From Auanema rhodensis (lineage: Eukaryota > Animalia > Nematoda): a stretch of 64,000 nucleotides of DNA. A program made the translations under genes and the position numbers. The DNA is taken from contig OZ059898.1 of NCBI GenBank assembly GCA_964057225.1, positions 15,810,001-15,874,000 on the forward strand, written 5' to 3'. Below are positions 62,226 to 64,000 of the stretch, piece by piece; the first letter of the stretch is position 1, and every line of letters starts with the position of its first letter. The notes beneath the pieces were generated by a model. The model was not told where the DNA came from and made no database searches. It saw only the letters and a list, made by a program, of their open reading frames with translations.

Positions 62226-63904
62226 TTAAAAAATATTTGAACTTGGAGCTCTGGAGTTTTGTAGAAAAATTTTTAAAATAAGCTGTTTCGATCCTTTTCT
62301 TATAGTTTTATTGAATATGATATATACAATAGCTGGTAACCCTCAAAAATAATAATAAAGCTTAACTATATGTAATTAATTATATAATAATACCTGCACT
62401 AGTTTGATGAACAAGAAAAGTAATTTGATGTAAAATATCATTATATATACCAATATATATAGCAAATGAATATACAATGGAACAATAAGCATTTGCAGCA
62501 CATACTATTGATGTTTGAGCAAATATCTTTAATTTTAAATAATTTAATTACAAAAAATAAATTTATATAGTTTAGTTTTTTAATTATCTACAACTGATCT
62601 GCTAGCTCAGCCGATGGGATCTTATGATTTAACAAAAGAACTTTTGAGAATTATTTTGTTAACTGACTTTACTAGTTTGTTTAATTTCCTTGAATATTTA
62701 GATTCAACTTTTGTATAAAACTGATGTAATATCATAATGTCAAAAAGTGATGTAAAGAATTTCAAAAAAGAAAAAAATAACTCTGACCTGATGTTGAATA
62801 CGTCTATGAAAATTGCTAACATTTGACATTTCACGAAATCTTTTTGATAACAATATCCAATATCCAATATATAATATACATGTAATTCCAACAATAAAAA
62901 TATTATTAAAATGTAAAAAATCATTACTATACTATATAAAAATAATTATTAAATTATAAATATTTTTACTTACTAGATGATGATATTCAGGATATATATC
63001 TGGATCAAATGTTGATGTACCTAATCTATTATTATATATAACAGGTTTAGTAAATAAAAAGAAATGTAAACCATATAGTAATGAAAAAATAAAATATATA
63101 ATCAGTTTTGTTTCAGAAAAAAAGATATTCATAACTTCTTGACTGAAATATAAATATATTTAATATTTACATATACTATATTATAAGTTTTTACCGAACT
63201 CTGGTAATATCAAACAATCGATTAATTACTAAATATAAACAAAATAAACTTATTATAGACCAGAACACTTAAAAAATCAAATGTAATAAAATAATCGAAG
63301 AAAAAAAACTTACAGACATGAAAGCATCCCGTAATATAAAAAAGATTTGGATATTCACAGAATAAAATACCATTATACATAAAAAAAGCTGAATATTTAA
63401 TATTTAATATAACTTATTCAGTAAATATTTAATATTATTTTATAATTATAAAATTAAATTTTATGAAAATACTTTTGAATAAAAAAAAAATAAAAAGGAT
63501 TTGACAACTTTTAAAATAAAATAAAATATACCAATTATTCCATTAAGAGTTATATTTAATAACATATTATTTATACTTAATATAAACATAATTTTATAAC
63601 TTATAATATTAATATATTGTTTTATAACAAATAAACAAATCACAAATAATATCTAAATGATATTAGTTTATTAAAGTTAAAATATTATATTTATAATTCT
63701 GGCTTATACCTCAGTTATAATACCATAAGTACAAGCTAAGATAGCCCATATAGGCTTTTTATTACGTTCTGAATCTGCTATATCCATGGAAAATCCACTA
63801 AGAAACATTCCATTTTAATAAAAAAATTAAATAAACTTATAAGAATACCTGCAGTTATATAAAGGATTCATTGTAATAGTATGATAATATAGGAATTGAT
63901 TCAT
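62226..63904 (-). CDS. Serpentine chemoreceptor, class T (srt family), copy 3; 9 exons, intact if a GAG acceptor is used
   Basis: NPLYNCS, KKPIWA, SYKIMF, FCEYP, VINRLFD, KPVIYN...DPDIY, IFAQ, GLPAIVYIIFNKTIR. Confidence 0.86.
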
Positions 63905-64000
63905 GATTGTCAAGTTGCTAAAGCTGTGATGCCGCCTTCTTTGGGATGTTGTTGAGATGAATCTAACTTGAATATACGTATATAATAAAAATATATAAAA

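Noticed and set aside
1-64000. CRISPR arrays, rRNA, SL or spliceosomal snRNA genes, bacterial-type operons or obvious horizontally acquired bacterial genes
   Set aside because: None seen. Most short ORFs in the track are intron read-through or antisense shadows of the spliced genes.

Overview
AT-rich genomic DNA from a rhabditid (clade V-like) nematode, judged by typical introns of about 40-60 nt, TTTCAG-type trans-splice acceptors just before ATGs, a nematode-type tRNA-Trp and srt chemoreceptors. The species cannot be fixed from sequence alone. All gene models were spliced by hand. The left 34 kb is gene-dense: fkh-9-like forkhead gene, MBT-repeat gene, pbs-6 then suco-1, pfn-3, sft-1 (SURF1) then a CLCC1-like gene, a two-domain adenylate kinase with a nested tRNA-Trp, and a TPD52-family gene. 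The right 30 kb is much more AT-rich and microsatellite-rich. It holds a 4-TM gene, a small signal-peptide EF-hand protein ending KTEL and three tandem srt GPCRs. Between the first two srt genes is a transposon nest: intact Tc1, dead mariner, BEL/Pao-like Gag remnants and a MITE-like element. The best leads are: (1) a multi-layer isoform system at the adenylate kinase locus (X-box promoter with docking-domain exons, an internal MGxxxS first exon, phase-exclusive exons, and an intronic duplex pairing two cryptic 5' splice sites); (2) frequent AAG/GAG 3' splice sites; (3) a GC-rich multi-hairpin island with a small ORF upstream of pfn-3; (4) the intact Tc1. None of these is confirmed without expression or comparative data.
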